Origin: Lama guanicoe
Taxonomy: Eukaryota
Length of the DNA: 64,000 nt
NCBI GenBank assembly: GCA_013239625.1
Contig: MU056000.1
Location: 13,219,175-13,283,174, forward strand
Direction of reading: 5' to 3'
A program made the translations under genes and the position numbers. A model generated the notes under the pieces. That model was not told the DNA's origin. It was given only the letters and a program-made list of their open reading frames with translations, and made no database searches. Within the stretch, counting starts at the first letter, position 1. The number at the start of each line of letters is the position of its first letter. Positions 1 to 13,470 of the stretch are shown here, one piece after another.

Positions 1-1327
1 AGAGAATAGGTTCTTTGATAGACTTAAGGCACATAGTGACTCATTAGTGTATTTTAAATGTTAAGCATTAGATATTTGTCATTTACCATTAAAATTGAAA
101 AGAAAAAGTATGTTAATACTATACAGAGACAAATAAGTTAAAATAATCTACCTATCCATAAATAAGCATAATTCAATATTATTAATTGGGCAGATATAAG
201 GCATAGAGAAGTTTTAAAAATTAATAAAATAAAAGCAGTTTCCATAGTTACACAGAATCATTTCATTTCCTAGTAAATTTCTTTCAATGCATTTTTTGAT
301 TAATTCAGCTTATTCAGTATAAAAAGAACGTAGTATATTTCAGAATAATTTATTAGTACTTTACTGCATGAGTGAAAAATAAAATTAATAAATGTAATGT
401 TTATTGTAGAACTACTTTATTTACCAGGGTAGATCATTAAATGATCTTAACCCTGAGGGAAAGAAGAGAGAGAAGATGATACATAAACACAAATGAACAT
501 GAGATGATTTAATTTACTAGAAAAAATAACAATGACTTTTAAGAAATAAAATTTCAAGTATATAAACATTTCAAATTAGTAGAATTTATCATGCCAAACA
601 GATAAAACAATTCTAATAGTAATTATCCAAAAAAAAAAAGCTGATAAAAACATGTTTCCCATCCTAAGAGAAACTCTACATTAGTACATAATATAAAGCT
701 ATGCATTAACTTAATTTATATACCTTAAAGAATGGGCTTCTGGTTGATCAATCTTTGTTCCCTTTAAAATCTCAGATATGTTTTATTACCCAAATCTCGA
801 ATAAAATTTAGAATTTTCTTTTCTAAAATGTTCATGTAGCTTTTTATTTGTTGATGGAAATGTTTATATTTTCAGATCAAAACTAATCACTCATTGTGAC
901 TCCAATCATCTAAATATACAGCATGATTTGTTTTACTTCTGTTTTTCTTGCAATGTTGTTCTTTAGGATGAAACTAGTAAATCATTGACATTATGATATC
1001 AGATGAATAATAAATCACACGTCTAATAATAAATCACACGTATCTAATAGGTCTGATTGGTTCTTACAATAGTGCACTTATCAGATCCTACTGTGAATAA
1101 TTTCTTCTTGTACAGGCACACCTCATTTTACTTTGCTTCAATTTATACACTTTGCAAATACTGCATATTTTACAAATTTAAGGTTTGTGGCCACCCTGTG
1201 TCTAGTGAGCCTATTCATGCCATTTTTCCAAATATATTATTTTTTAATAAAGGTATGTAAATTGTTTTTTCAGACATAATGCTGTCTTACACCTAACAGA
1301 CCACAGTATAGTGTAAACACAACTTTT

Positions 1328-1368
1328 TTAAACTTTTTTATTGATTTATAATAATTGTACAATGTTGT
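1328..1368 (-). mobile_element. Extremely 5'-truncated young L1 3' end (about 41 bp)
   Basis: T-tract then TTTATTGATTTATAATAATTGTACAATGTTGT, same family as 1431-1606. Flanked by 14-bp TSD TAAACA(C/T)AACTTTT at 1314-1327 and 1369-1382. Confidence 0.75.
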
Positions 1369-1430
1369 TAAACATAACTTTTATACGCATTGGGAAACCA
1401 AAAAAAAAAATCTGTGTGACTTGCTTTATT

Positions 1431-1606
1431 TATTAATTTTTTTAACAATATAACATTTTTTATTGATTTATAATCATTTTATAATGTTGTGTCAAATTCC
1501 AGTGTAGAGCACAATTTTTCAGTTATACATGAACATGTGTATATTCATTGTCACATTTTTTTCTCTGTGAGCTACCATAAGATCTTGTGTATATTTCCCT
1601 GTGCTA
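1431..1606 (-). mobile_element. Young lineage-specific L1 3' UTR fragment
   Basis: Reverse complement of the L1 tail seen at 14935-15168. 20-bp TSD T(C/T)TGTGTGACTTGCTTTATT at 1411-1430 and 1607-1626. Confidence 0.9.
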
Positions 1607-2147
1607 TTTGTGTGACTTGCTTTATTATGATGTTCCTTTGGTTTTGGTGGTCTGGAACTGAACGTGTACTATCTGCAAGGCATACCTGTTATTTCTAAAT
1701 ACACAAATTGTCTAAAAGCTTTAATTAAAGCTTCTACATATTGATGTTACAGTTTTCCCTTTCACCAGGACCACACTTAACACTGAGAAAAATGACAGCT
1801 TGCACTAATGTGGTGTCGGGAATTCCTAATAGTGAATGATTACATGTATAGCAACAGAGAAATTGATAAATGTCACCCTGCTGCTTCTTTAGCAGCATCC
1901 CTGGTCCAGCCTTGGGGAGACGTAAGTAGGGTTAGAATTCAGCCTCCTGCTGTGCCCCTCCCAACTGGACTTTTCTATCTGCCCGAAGCTTCTCCAGGCT
2001 GAGCAGCGGACTGTACTTATGAGGAGTGAAAGCCAGAGCTAAGGCTTTGTCCAGACTAATGAAGAAAGTGGCCAGGGCTCAGCTTCTCTTGTGCCTGGAC
2101 CCTAGTGGGGAGTGGCTGAGAGCCCTTGGATGAAGATTTCACCCGAC

Positions 2148-2615
2148 TGTGATGTAAGACCTGTAATTCGGGCCCAATGTGACATGTCCCCTTGACATCT
2201 GGTGAAATCAGGAGGGCCTTGGATGACCTAAGTGCACGTTCCTGCCCCTGCTCTGCTCCCCAGCCAAACAACCTTCCTTTTCAAAGGGGCCAAGCACTGT
2301 GCCTACTTACCCCTGAGCAGTGGGCTTCAGTTTCCTGTCAGCACATGGGATCATTCAAACAAGCCAATGAAATCCTCCTATGGGAGTCAAGGGGACCACC
2401 GCCTCTTGTTACTACAAATCCTGACTCCCTTGACTGTCCCCCTGTTCTGTGTGGTCCTGGGTGAAGCAACATTCTCTTCCAGGCTGTGGGGACATGTGAC
2501 TAATAAACCCCTGTGTGTCTTCTCTGTCCGGTGGCAGGTGTTGCACGTTCTGCTCTTCCTATAATCTTAAAGGAACAATCTCTTCCTCACCACGGGGGTG
2601 AATAGGAGATGATTG
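2148..2615 (+). mobile_element. Old ERVL-class solo LTR (MER74/MER73/MER54-like); its last few bases lie at about 3282-3286
   Basis: Starts TGTGATG, has AATAAA at 2502-2507, and ends CACC..GGGGTGAATAGGAGATGATT(A)GAAC, the 3' end typical of that group. Confidence 0.65.
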
Positions 2616-3277
2616 TGTTATTAGAGCAGACAGATAGTTAGATATGAACAGAGAAAGGGGGATGCAGGCCAAATGGCAGGAACTGGGCAGAAAGGAAGGA
2701 AACAGGACAAATGCAGGAAATCATACATCGTGTAAACACCAGGGGTCCCTGGACAGAGAAAGAAAAGCAGGAACCTCTGAGCTGATAAGTGGTCACATCG
2801 TTTTGGGGTGATGAGTGGCCTGGAGGCCGACAAAGACAGGTGGGAAAAGGCAGGAATCTCTAGTGTCTGAATGTAACCTTTTGCTCATTATGCCCTCATT
2901 TCAATAAAATTAGCCTTGCAGATTAGAAGTACCTATCATGCACCGAAGCCATGGCACTTCCCATCCAGACTAAATAAGGACAGAACTCCCTCCTCCCTTG
3001 CGAAGGTGGAGTTGGGATGAAAATCAGAAATAGGATCCCAAACCCTTCCCTCCCCAGTGAATATTCTGCTCATTCGTTTTTACACCCTGTGTAACCACCT
3101 TGCCAAAGAAACTCAGCACAGCTGCTCTCCTGAGCCTGCCCCTCTCCCCTTGAGAGTGAGTGTACAATCCATTCCTTAATAAATCCTCACTTTACTTTCT
3201 CAACCTCTGTGTCTCATCTCTGAAGTCCTTCTGGAACGGGACATGAACCTGGACACTGGTTACATCTACCAGCAACA
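2616..3277 (+). mobile_element. Younger ERV1-type solo LTR (about 660 bp), probably lineage-specific
   Basis: TG...CA termini (TGTTATT...GCAACA), AATAAA at 3178-3183 followed by a pyrimidine-rich U5, and a 4-bp TSD ATTG/ATTA. Confidence 0.8.
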
Positions 3278-3668
3278 ATTAGAACGCACGGATTTTGGAA
3301 AACATTCAACAGGTATAAATGCACGTCCACCCTGGAATGGAAGTCTGGCCCCACCAGTGAGAGTTCAGCAGAAAACCAGCTGACTTCGCAGGCTCCTAAG
3401 GAAAATTGGAGAAACTGGGTAAGTGTTTGCTCCTATAGCTGGAAGAGTCCTAACCTTTGCTCCTGAATCAATGAAGATGATAGGTGTTTTCTGCTAGTGC
3501 TTCTACTGGTAACCTGCTGGCTGCAACGCTGCAGGCACAGAGCATCGTGTCAACAGAGAAGCGGAGTCCTGTGCAGGTGAGACTGGGGAGGAGCTGAGTG
3601 CCTGGTGGAATTCCTGCTGCTCAGAAAGCACCAGCAATCAGATCTAAGCACCCATGAATGTCTTAGAC

Positions 3669-4182
3669 TGCTACTGAGCCAAAATTCATTCTGATCACCA
3701 CAGGACAGACCAATAAATCAGGAGGTGAGGTGCTGGGGCAAGGAATTACAACTTTATTTGGAAAGCTGGATGACTGAAGATGGGAGACTGATGTCCTAGA
3801 CAACCATCTTACCCAAGTCAGAATTCAGGCTTTTTATACCAAAAAAGGGAGGGGGTGTGGTTGGTTGTTGCGAACTTGTTGGTGTCAGAATCCTTTGTTT
3901 TTGCAGCTGTCCACGCGGATCAGGTCATGTTGTTCCCGCAAACCTCCAAAAAAAAAATACTATTTTCTGTTTCGCAACTTTTTATGTCTATATGAATGGA
4001 AAAGTGTTCTACCCTTAAAGGTCAGAGTCTCGAGAATGGGCTCTCCTGTATATTTCAGGCTCTAGGCAACATTCTTTTACCAATGGTGCAGAACCAGCAT
4101 GACTCAGCACAGGAAACAGAGCCCAAGGCTAGAGCTAAAGAAAGAGATTTACTACAGAGTCAGATCTGTTCTTCCCTATTCG
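3669..4182 (-). mobile_element. ERV1 solo LTR (MER41/MER4-group-like)
   Basis: Begins TGCTACTGAGCCAAAATT, the reverse of an LTR 3' end like that of 13729-14371. Reverse polyA signal TTTATT near 3752, reverse TATA near 3832, approximate 4-bp TSD AGAC/AGGC. Confidence 0.75.
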
Positions 4183-4189
4183 AGGCCAA

Positions 4190-4890
4190 TAAGAGCACAC
4201 TCATGTGTGTTTCACATCACACATGGAGAAGAATTAGACGTAATGAAATAGACTGCTCTTAAAGAAAAACAAATGACCAAAAGATGGATAACTCCAATAC
4301 AAACAACAATAACAGCAAGAACCATAATAGTAAGAGTGCTTCATGACAGCCCGTTTCAGCATGTAAACATTTTCATATAACTTGAATATAATAATGTTCC
4401 AACATTTAAGTGGATGAATAGAGAAAAAGGATGGTCATTGTTAAAACCCTAATTGATGACCTAGGCAAGCAAATGAAAGAAATAGCTCAAGATTCAAAGC
4501 AAATCTACTCAGACTTGGACATCAAAAGGGAAAAGATAAGAGTTCAGAGCAGAGGTCTCATTAGGTAGGACCACTACTCATGCAGTTCTAAGGGCACCAT
4601 CCACACAGCACAACCCCTAGACGTCTGTCTTGTGGTGTTTACAGATCCGGGAAAATTTTTATGTGAATAGCTTACAGTCCAGAAGATGAAAACAGCAGAG
4701 GAAGAGAAGGTGAGATCATAGCAGAAATTTTCTCTGTATCAAAGAGGAATCAGCAAATTTAAAAGGCTCACAGAATTCCAGGAAGCTTGGTAAGAAAGAA
4801 CAGATTAAGCATATCCTGCTCTAGTGACATAATACTAAGAGAAACTGTCACAAGCTCTCAGGCAGAACAAGAAAAATAATATGTACTTTA
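4190..4890 (+). mobile_element. Ancient L1/HAL1 ORF1-like remnant; the GC-richer 1800-2147 and 3287-3668 segments may be its 5' UTR
   Basis: A-rich degenerate ORF1-type motifs ('atagcagaaattttct', 'aaaaggctcacagaattcca'); no intact frame. Confidence 0.4.
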
Positions 4891-5994
4891 CAGAGACTGG
4901 AGCGGTGATCCTCATCCAGCTGGACTGATCACACAGGTTAGTGGTCAGGGACCATTTTGAATAACAGCCTTTTTACACTATAGAAAGCAGAGAGCTGACC
5001 AACATCGCTGCATTTGCTGCCTGGGTCAGGGACAATGTGACAGCTTGCCGGCAGAAGCAGCGACCTCCGATTCCTGTTAGAACAAAGACCAGAACTGCAT
5101 TGAGAGCAGACCTTGAACAGAACTGCTTTTTCACCAAGCTACAGAAAACATTACTTTTTAAAACAATTTTTTTTTCACACATTAATCTTGTATTTCTTTG
5201 AGGGCAAAAAGTAACTGAGTCAGGATACAATGAAGTTGCATTTCTTACATAAGTTAGTGGAATGCGATTTATAACTGTTTTGGCATCAAAGGCAACAAAA
5301 TTTCTTGGTTGGTCTTGTGCTGAAGAGTCTTGTTGATGAGATCTCAAGATTATTCTGATGGGGTGGAGAGGTTTGAGCAAGTGGTCAGTGCAAACAAAGG
5401 TTCTGTGGAAAAGAAAGGGGAGTTTAGAAACTATGTAATTTGATATGCTTCTCATTTTGAGAGAGCACGGCACCCAAGAACCTTTGAAAGTTTTAGAGCA
5501 GGTAAGTAGCAGGCAGGGGGGCAGGATATTTTTTCCCCCAGTTACGCATGTTCTCATGCTTATCCCCTAAAGCTGATATCTATCTGCATCTGCTTACTAC
5601 GTTTTAATTTTTGCCATGATCTTTTGCTGAGGACACAAATTATTTCGAAAATTTTCCAGATGACGAGTACTGAGAAGTTTGCGCTTTTTAAATGCGATAG
5701 TACTAGTCCAACAATGGTTGTTACAGTTCCAGTGCAATAAATGTTGAAAAACTCCCTCCTGATACTTATTTTTGGCAAAGCAAAATGTATTTGTTTGGAG
5801 AGTTTCCAAAGAGAAAAATTATGTCTAGCATGAGTTTTATTAACTGATTTTGGGGGGGGGGTTTGAATATTTGCTTTCACATTTTTTTTTTCTCTAAGAG
5901 ACTGTGACTCAGTTATTTTCCCATTTTATGTCTGAATGTTGGAGAGAACTCTGGAGAACCAGGCATCTGAGGGTTCTGGAAACACTGGTTCAGC

Positions 5995-6520
5995 ACAATG
6001 AAAAAGCAAATGGAGAAAAATGTGCAAAAATATAATTAGTCTTATTAGTGTTCAAATACACCTAATAAAATAGCCATGCAATATTACTTTCTATTCAATA
6101 GATGGCCGAATATCATTTTAAACAGAAATACTTGTCTTCGGCTACAGGTTGGAGAAGTGGACGTTTGTATGTTGCAGTTTGCAGTACAACGTGGTATAAC
6201 ATTTCTAGATAGTTGTTTAGTAACGTATTTTCAATACTTGGTACCAACTTGTGACTGAGTTTTCCAATTCCAGTTTTGCGAATTGATCTTTAGGAAATCC
6301 ATCAATCAAATCAACACTGGATTATAAAGAAGAATTTTTACTGAAATTTATTTTTTAATACCCCCAAACAAAAATAATCTAAATGTCTAACAATATGTTA
6401 ATGACCACATACTGTATGTAGCACATTCAGCCATGCAATGAAATTAGGAATAAAAATGAGAATTTCAAATGTGTCCATTCTTATGTTCAATGACATACAA
6501 AGATGGACTTTCCTTATTAT
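5995..6520 (+). mobile_element. Ancient L1ME-type ORF2 end/3' UTR remnant
   Basis: Degenerate motifs 'tggtataacatttctaga' and 'aatctaaatgtctaacaata'. Confidence 0.5.
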
Positions 6521-6714
6521 TACATATACATATATTATTATTCCACACAAATAATGATTTTTAGTATAGAATTCAAATGTATTTTATATACAGTTGTATA
6601 TACATATACATATTTATATACATATTTTTATACATTAATAAACTCTTTGTTACCATGTTTTCTTTATTATTAAAATTATCAAAATATTAATATACATTTT
6701 TTCTTCAGGAACAT

Positions 6715-7310
6715 TTTTTTTCTGCTTTACTGAGGTAGAACTGCAAATAAAATTGTATACATTTAAAGTGTGCAATGTGATGATCTGATATACATACCAC
6801 TGTGATTATCAGTCAAATTAATTAACACATCCATCATCTCACATAGTTCATTTGTGTGTGTGTGTTGAGAACACTTAAGATCTACTATTTTAGTAATTTC
6901 AAGTATACAACATTATTAACTATGTCATCCTGCTGTCTATTAGACCCTCAAAACATATTCACCTTTTAATTGAAAGTGTGTACCCTTTGATCAATATCTT
7001 TCCATTTCCCACACTCTCCAGTGTTGGCAACCAACACTCTACTCTGTTTCTATGAGTTAGACATTTTTAGAGTCCACATATGAGTGATCTCATGTGATAT
7101 TTGTCCTTCTCTGTCTAGCTTATTAAATTTAGCATAATGTTCTCCAGGTTCATCCATATTGCTGTGAATAGCAGGATTTCTTCCTTATTTTTATGACTGA
7201 AAACCTATATATATTAGATATAACATATAAAATATATTTTATATATAACTATTATATATCACATATATATAACATATATGACATTTTCTTTAACCATTTA
7301 CCTGTCAAAA
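6715..7310 (-). mobile_element. L1MA9-like 3' UTR fragment with internal (TA)n-rich stretch
   Basis: Diagnostic blocks 'gagaacacttaagatctac', 'ggcaaccacactctactctgtttctatgagtt' and 'tagcataatgttctccaggttcatccat'. Confidence 0.85.
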
Positions 7311-8162
7311 AGCATTTAATACAGTTTTGTTTTAGATTTTAACCCCAAAACCAATGAATAATCTGGCTTTTAATGAATATTTAGCTATGTAGAATAGAGA
7401 TAAGGTGCCCAGTTTCACAGCTTAATCAATTTAGAAGTATTTTCCCCTACTAGGAATGTCAAAGGAAGAGTGTGATTGAATTATTCTTTTACTGTGCAGA
7501 TGCTTAATGTTATTTTTAATGTAAAATTTTCAGAAGTCAGTTCATTTGTGACGGCTACTCAGAGCAATATTAAAGGAAGGGATAGAGCCACAGTCTGGGG
7601 CTGATGGTGGTGTTAACAGACAATACATAGAACAGACCTAAACCACAGGTTCCTCTCCCATTAAACAAAATGAACTTCAAGAGTAGATCAACTTCAATTA
7701 AATTTATGAAGTAGCTCAAAACATTCCAACTTATAAAATGGTGGATGTTTTGTGGCTTTGAGTGAACTTGCCTTCAGGCTCACTGATTTTATAAGTCAGA
7801 ACTTAAACAAAACCAGACGAAACAAACAACACACAAAAATGCAAACATTACTTAAAATTTTCTGTTAGTAATCTGAGAGAAATTACTATAAATTGTTCCT
7901 GGGAAATGAAAGCTTAGCATCAATACCTGAATCACAACAATGTGCTATGTTATGAAGCAAACTTCTAGTCCAATGACAGACAGAATAACATAGTTAAAAG
8001 GACAATTCAGTTGTACTGATGAATCCTTTTATCATTAACCAGATACCGAAATTTGATCAAAACATTGGTCGTTTTCAATATCATTGAAAATATGAAGTCT
8101 AATTTGACTTTTTTTCCTTACTATGAATGTGATGGGGAGAAGTAAAGAATTCATTACAACCA

Positions 8163-8231
8163 AAAATAGAATGGAACAGAATGGAATACTATGGAACAGA
8201 AGAGAAGAGAAAAGATAGAAGAGAACAGAAT
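8163..8231. repeat. Degenerate pentamer simple repeat (GAATG/GAAGA)n
   Basis: aatagaatggaacagaatggaatactatggaacagaagagaagag... Confidence 0.7.
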
Positions 8232-8352
8232 ATGAGTTTTTGGTTTTGAACCTGGTTTAATTCTTCCTCAATTACTTACTAAAAAATGATTCATGAATGA
8301 GCTGCTTAACCAGATTGGGGTGGCTGGCTAGCTGGCTTTCTTCCTTTCTTTT

Positions 8353-8354
8353 TT

Positions 8355-8414
<60 letters not shown>

Positions 8415-8416
8415 TC
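8353..8416. repeat. (TTTC)n microsatellite, about 16 perfect units
   Basis: Directly visible. Confidence 0.97.
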
Positions 8417-9629
8417 ATTTATTTACATTTTAAAACTACTCACAGTGATGTGGAAATTAGAGGAAATATCTAAAGTAGAAGGTATAGCTAGGTACTTGAC
8501 ATATTTTACAGTGGGTGGGTAAGAACATGACACAAATTCTTTATCCTTTGTTCCATCCATTCCAACCTTTAAGCATTTTATCATTGAAAAGTCACAGAAG
8601 GCATATCTAATTCAGTTCATGAATACATGTCTAGAAGGAACAGCTGAAATATTTGTTGCCAGAATCAAAATACAGTTACTGGCAAAGCAAGAGAATCATC
8701 TCCACTAATTAGCTTTAAAATGGGAAAAAATGCAAGCCTTGGTTTTAGAGTCAAAGGCTCAGCTCTACAAAGTCAGGTGAAGAGAATCCTGAGTTAACAG
8801 TAAATCCTAATGAAAATATCTCTTGGAGTCAGTTTTCTGTGCTCGATACTAAATGCTTTCTACCAAAAGAAGGATGCACTTGTTAAGAATCAAGAATAAA
8901 CTTGGGTTTAATTAATATGACTGTAGTATTGAATCATAGGAAGGCCATAGATTACCGTGTAGTAATCAAAGCTGACCTGGGGTATTCAGTGCTTAAAACT
9001 GGCTTCTTATAGTGGATCTGGACAGATAAAGGAAACCATTTAAAAATCTCTTGCCTACAGTCTATTCCCATGCCTTCCTCTAGACAGAAAATGCTCACAC
9101 TCATCCACTGTCTCCAAAGGCTAGCGCTCACATTTTCCTTAAATTTCCTAGGGAGCCGATCCTCAGATGCTGTACCTTATTCTATACCTAACACCTCTGA
9201 ATTCAATGTCACCCCTTTCTTAACTCTAGCACTTGTCCTGGCTAAGCCCAAGGCGGCTTCTTTTATTCATCCTTCAAAGCTGCTGTTAAGAATTTAACAA
9301 TTCTGAGGGAAAGTCACGATTGAGAACTTGGCAAGCTATAAGACTGACATTTTCAACACAGCTGAATGAAAAATGGAGTGTGCTGGAGATGGTCTGTGAA
9401 ATTCTTCAACCAGAGGTTATATAACTTTGTTTCAGAGACCTTGGAGTGAAGTTATTTGGATGGCTTTTGAGGTCCCTTTCAATTAGCAACTTCTTTGTTG
9501 AGGTCACATCCAATAGAAGTAAGTAGATAAGTGTAAGAACATTCAATATGAATGGATAATGAGTTAAAGATGAATTACAATTATAATTGATATTAAAATT
9601 CAAGTAATATTTATTAAGCTCATAGTATT

Positions 9630-9860
9630 TAAAAAATGTATTCCATAAACATTTTTTGATCACAATTTATGTGCCAGGCACTTACAATACAGTAGTGAAA
9701 TAAATGGGACAAAAATATCTGCCCACATAAAGTTTGCATTCTAGTGGGAGGAGAGAAACTATAAAAATAAATGCTATAAATATGTAAATTATATGTTAGT
9801 TTAAAAGTGATCTGGGTAGAGAGTAAATGAATATAACCTTGTAAGAGAACTCCTAGGTGC
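9630..9860 (-). mobile_element. L2 3' end
   Basis: 'tatgtgccaggcact...gacaaaaatatctgcccacataaagtttgcattctagtgg' is the reverse of the L2 tail. Confidence 0.75.
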
Positions 9861-10699
9861 TGGAGGTGGGTTGGAATGAGAGCAAGAACCACATTCTGTT
9901 AAGAATTTTAACACATTTTGCTGCATGCCTAAATTTAATGAGATTTTTGACTTTCAAATCAAATAAGCCATACAGACTAAGAAATCACAGATAAAAGATT
10001 TCAAATAACCAGCAGGTTTTATCTGAAAGGACAGAGTCTACATATATATTGGTATGCATCAAGCAAATAATAGTTCATTCTTTTCATGTTTGCAACTTTT
10101 TTATTAACTTAAAAATCCAATATCTTGGAACAACATGCAGAAAAGAAGCAGAATGATTCCTGTTTCAGATGTTTCTGGAGGCATCTAAATCCTTTAAAAT
10201 CTAAAATCTAAATCCTTTCTAAGGTTGATTTATATTATAGCCTATAGTCCAAGCAAAACAAACATCACTAGAGTATCATTTCTTGAACTGCACTTGGAAA
10301 TTTGGTCTCAGTCTCTCAATGTTTGGAATAGAGTAGACCTGGGAGTACAAAAATAAAACAAAACAAAAGCTAAACCCTAATGTCCACTGAGAACATGCTT
10401 GATATTTTACATACATGAATTCATACACAGTTAAAGGAAAAAACAAAACACTCCTAGAGTAAGATGCCATAATGGTACATGTCTCCGGACAATGAAGGCA
10501 GAATATGGTTAACATTAGCTTGTGGAATTCTACTATTGCATGATTACAATCTTAATTTTTTAAATTCTATATTAAATCATGGAGATTTTCAGTTTTCTAA
10601 GAGCTGGAAATTTCCTGTTTCAGCAAAATATAATTGAAATATATATTGTCCCTTTTGTTGAAGATCTTAATCAGGGGGGAGCTTTGAAAGAGGAGAGCA

Positions 10700-11388
10700 T
10701 GTAGAGTAATATTGGGGACTTACATCTCATTGAGTCTCTTACCAGCTCAGAAAGACCTCTTCACCAAAGTAGAAGAGAAAGAAAACATCTTCCTTAGTGA
10801 ATAAAATTTTAATCAGGATTTGGTGTGAAGTCACAGGCAGTCCACTAAAGAGACTGTTAAGTCAGAAAGAAATCTCACCGTTTTTACAGCCAAGTGGACA
10901 CAACCCATTACATACCAATTCATAAGATAAATGATGACTAGTGCTCCAGTAAGAGGACTTGACAGCACCATTTGTCGCATGTAGTGTATCTGAATTCACC
11001 TGGTAGTTAGGATGACCATTTTTGTTAGCTAATTGGCTTTTTTCCAAAAGAAAAATAAACTTCTCATACCTTTATGTCAGAACTTAAGGCTAGGCACCAG
11101 CCCAGATTAGCCTCCTACACTCCCACAGAAACAAGGAGATGAGGAGGACTGTCTTTCCTGATGATATTGTAAAGAAATAACTCCTAGATCCTTGAAGAAA
11201 CATTACTAGATTGAAAAATTAAGAGGCTCGTTTAACTGGTAAAAAGCTTTACACACATTTCAGAGAAGCAGAGAAAGACTTTAAAACTACAAGTTTTCCA
11301 AAGTAAATGCTGAAAGAACTAATGTGTCTTTCTTATTTTTCCATCAGGAAAAATTACCTTTTATAAAATATTGTTGTTTACCTTTAGA
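10700..11388 (-). mobile_element. Old ERV1 solo LTR (MER90/MER110/MER89 group)
   Basis: Shares blocks with the LTR at 56298-56835 ('gctaattg', 'ctccca..gaaac', 'gaag.aacatt', 'aagttttc..a.gtaaatgct'). Confidence 0.7.
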
Positions 11389-13037
11389 GTATCCATATCT
11401 GTATATTATGTATGCAGTAATAAATATATCACTTTTATGAACATAAGATGTGAAATTTCATTCATACTGTAATAAGCAAAAATATTTCTTATAAATAGAT
11501 CACAAGGAAAGAAATTAATTGAGGAAAGCTTATTTCTGACAAAAATATTACAACTGATAGGAGATATTTATATTGAAGTAAATAATTTATATTGAACAAC
11601 TTCCTTTATAAGAATTGCAACTTAAATCAACATTTAAGCAAGAACATCACCGTTTGTCAATCTTCAGCTTCTTTTCTTCTAAATATCGTATCAAAATAGG
11701 AGCATATAATGACTTTAAAAATATTTGTTAAGAAAAAAGCTAGTTTAAGAAAATCAGATGCCACAGATGATTTAATTGGTGAACTGAATTGTGTTTCCAA
11801 GAAGTATGAGGGTGTGATAATAATCATTAAAACTGTGCTTTGCAAAAAATAATAAAAAATTAGAAGCAGTCAAGGGAAAATCTCAAACTGATTGGGATTT
11901 AGGCTTATAATGGTTAGTAAATATTTCCCAATGATCTCATAAAGAGTAATGGTGATATTCTTTATTGAATTTGAATTCCCCGTCTTCACATTCGCTGAAC
12001 AAAACTAAAATCAAGTTGACATACAAAACACTAACGGAGGTATTTTCCTTTTGGATTTTAAGGTGAACCTGTGGTTTCTTTTCCTTGGACCTTTACACAA
12101 AACATAGCTCATGGTAAACAATCTAATAAATGAATTTGTTTGGTTTAATTTTTACCTTACTATTTTAAAAGGAGTGACATTTAGGAAGCAGTATTTCATG
12201 AGCTGACCAAGTTGGATGTAGAATGAGCATGAGGAAGTTTAGTTATGAAGGACCACTGCATCAGTGAAGCAGCAAGATCGTGGACAGGAAGCCACGGAAC
12301 ACTGATTTTACATCAATTTTATATAATTTTAGATCACTTTTATGATCTGAGATTATTCACTTATCAGCATCAACATTTTGAAAACTTACTCTTATAATGC
12401 TTATAAAATTAGACATATGCCTATAAAGTCTGTAATAGTTCCTAGTTTAAAATAAGTCCTCCAATAAAGGTAGATATTCTGTTCCACATCCTATTGCAGC
12501 TTCAAAATGATTTAAGAAATGTGCACAATCTTGCTAATCACTGTATGGGTAAGCACAAAGAAAGCTAAATACGTTGAACATATTTTGGAAAAAAAAAAAA
12601 ACCTAATCATTTCTTCAACCTATATAATGAAGTCTGTAAAACAACCAAAAGAAAAATAGTTTGCCTGCAGTAACCTATACCATACAAGACACAACAAGAG
12701 AAAATCCAAACATGGGAAAAATAACATTAGAAAAATTAGATGAAATGGAAAACATAGTTAGTGTAAAAAATGTGTACCATTAGGTGTTAGCAGGAGCGAC
12801 ATGTATGGCGTTGATCTTTCTATTAAAAAATACAAATAAAAAGATACATACTTAAAATGTGTTAATTTCCTTAAAACAGCATCAAAGGAATCCAATATTT
12901 TTCTTTTTTCTATTACTGAGAACCTAAAGAACTTTCTCATGTTAGGTCTTCAAAATGGAAAATTGTTTTAGATAAAGAAAAAGCACGCTATTGCTTCTGT
13001 TATCAATGGTACACTCTATTCAGTAAGATATTTCTTT

Positions 13038-13470
13038 TGTGAAATGTGAAATGAAATTAAAACACTTATATCAAGCTCTTTTAAAATGGAGCCAGAAGGC
13101 CATTCATGAGGTTTAATACATGTCCTCACTTGGTGGAACCTTGACTTTGAACTAGGTCAGACCACAGGTATTCCAAGAGCTCAAAAAGGACACCTACAAG
13201 GTGTCAGAGCAGTGGACTTTTCCTTCCTCTAGTAACAGCCTTAGCACTCAATCCTGTTTAGTTAAGACTAGCTTCTGCGTCCAATTCCAATTCTAATTCT
13301 TTGTAATGCAAATCTCCCTTCTTTGTTTTTAAAAGCCATTGGTTTTTACTCCTTATTGAGATACTGTTTGGGTTGCTTTCAAAATCTGTGTGTCCTGAAT
13401 TGCAATTCTTGGATTCCCAAATAAATGTTTTCTACCTTATTATTGCCTCCTAGGTGTATTTAGGGTAACA
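13038..13470 (+). mobile_element. ERV1 solo LTR (MER34/MER4-group-like)
   Basis: TGTGAAATG...GGTAACA termini, 'aaaatggagccagaaggcca' U3 motif, 'tgaattgcaattctt..ccaAATAAA' at 13420-13425, TSD CTTT/CTTA. Confidence 0.75.

Larger units (their letters stand above)
1113..1688 (+). mobile_element. Tigger1-derived non-autonomous DNA transposon (Tc1/mariner-pogo), internally deleted, interrupted by two L1 insertions
   Basis: TA followed by a Tigger1-type left end CAGGCACACCTCATTTTA. Internal 'aaggtttgtggccaccctg' and 'cagtatagtgtaaac' blocks are present, and the right end is AAGGCATACCTG at 1677-1688. Confidence 0.85.

Noticed and set aside
4973..5557. 194-aa ORF as a protein-coding gene
   Set aside because: No recognisable domain, composition typical of random AT-rich DNA, and no gene context.
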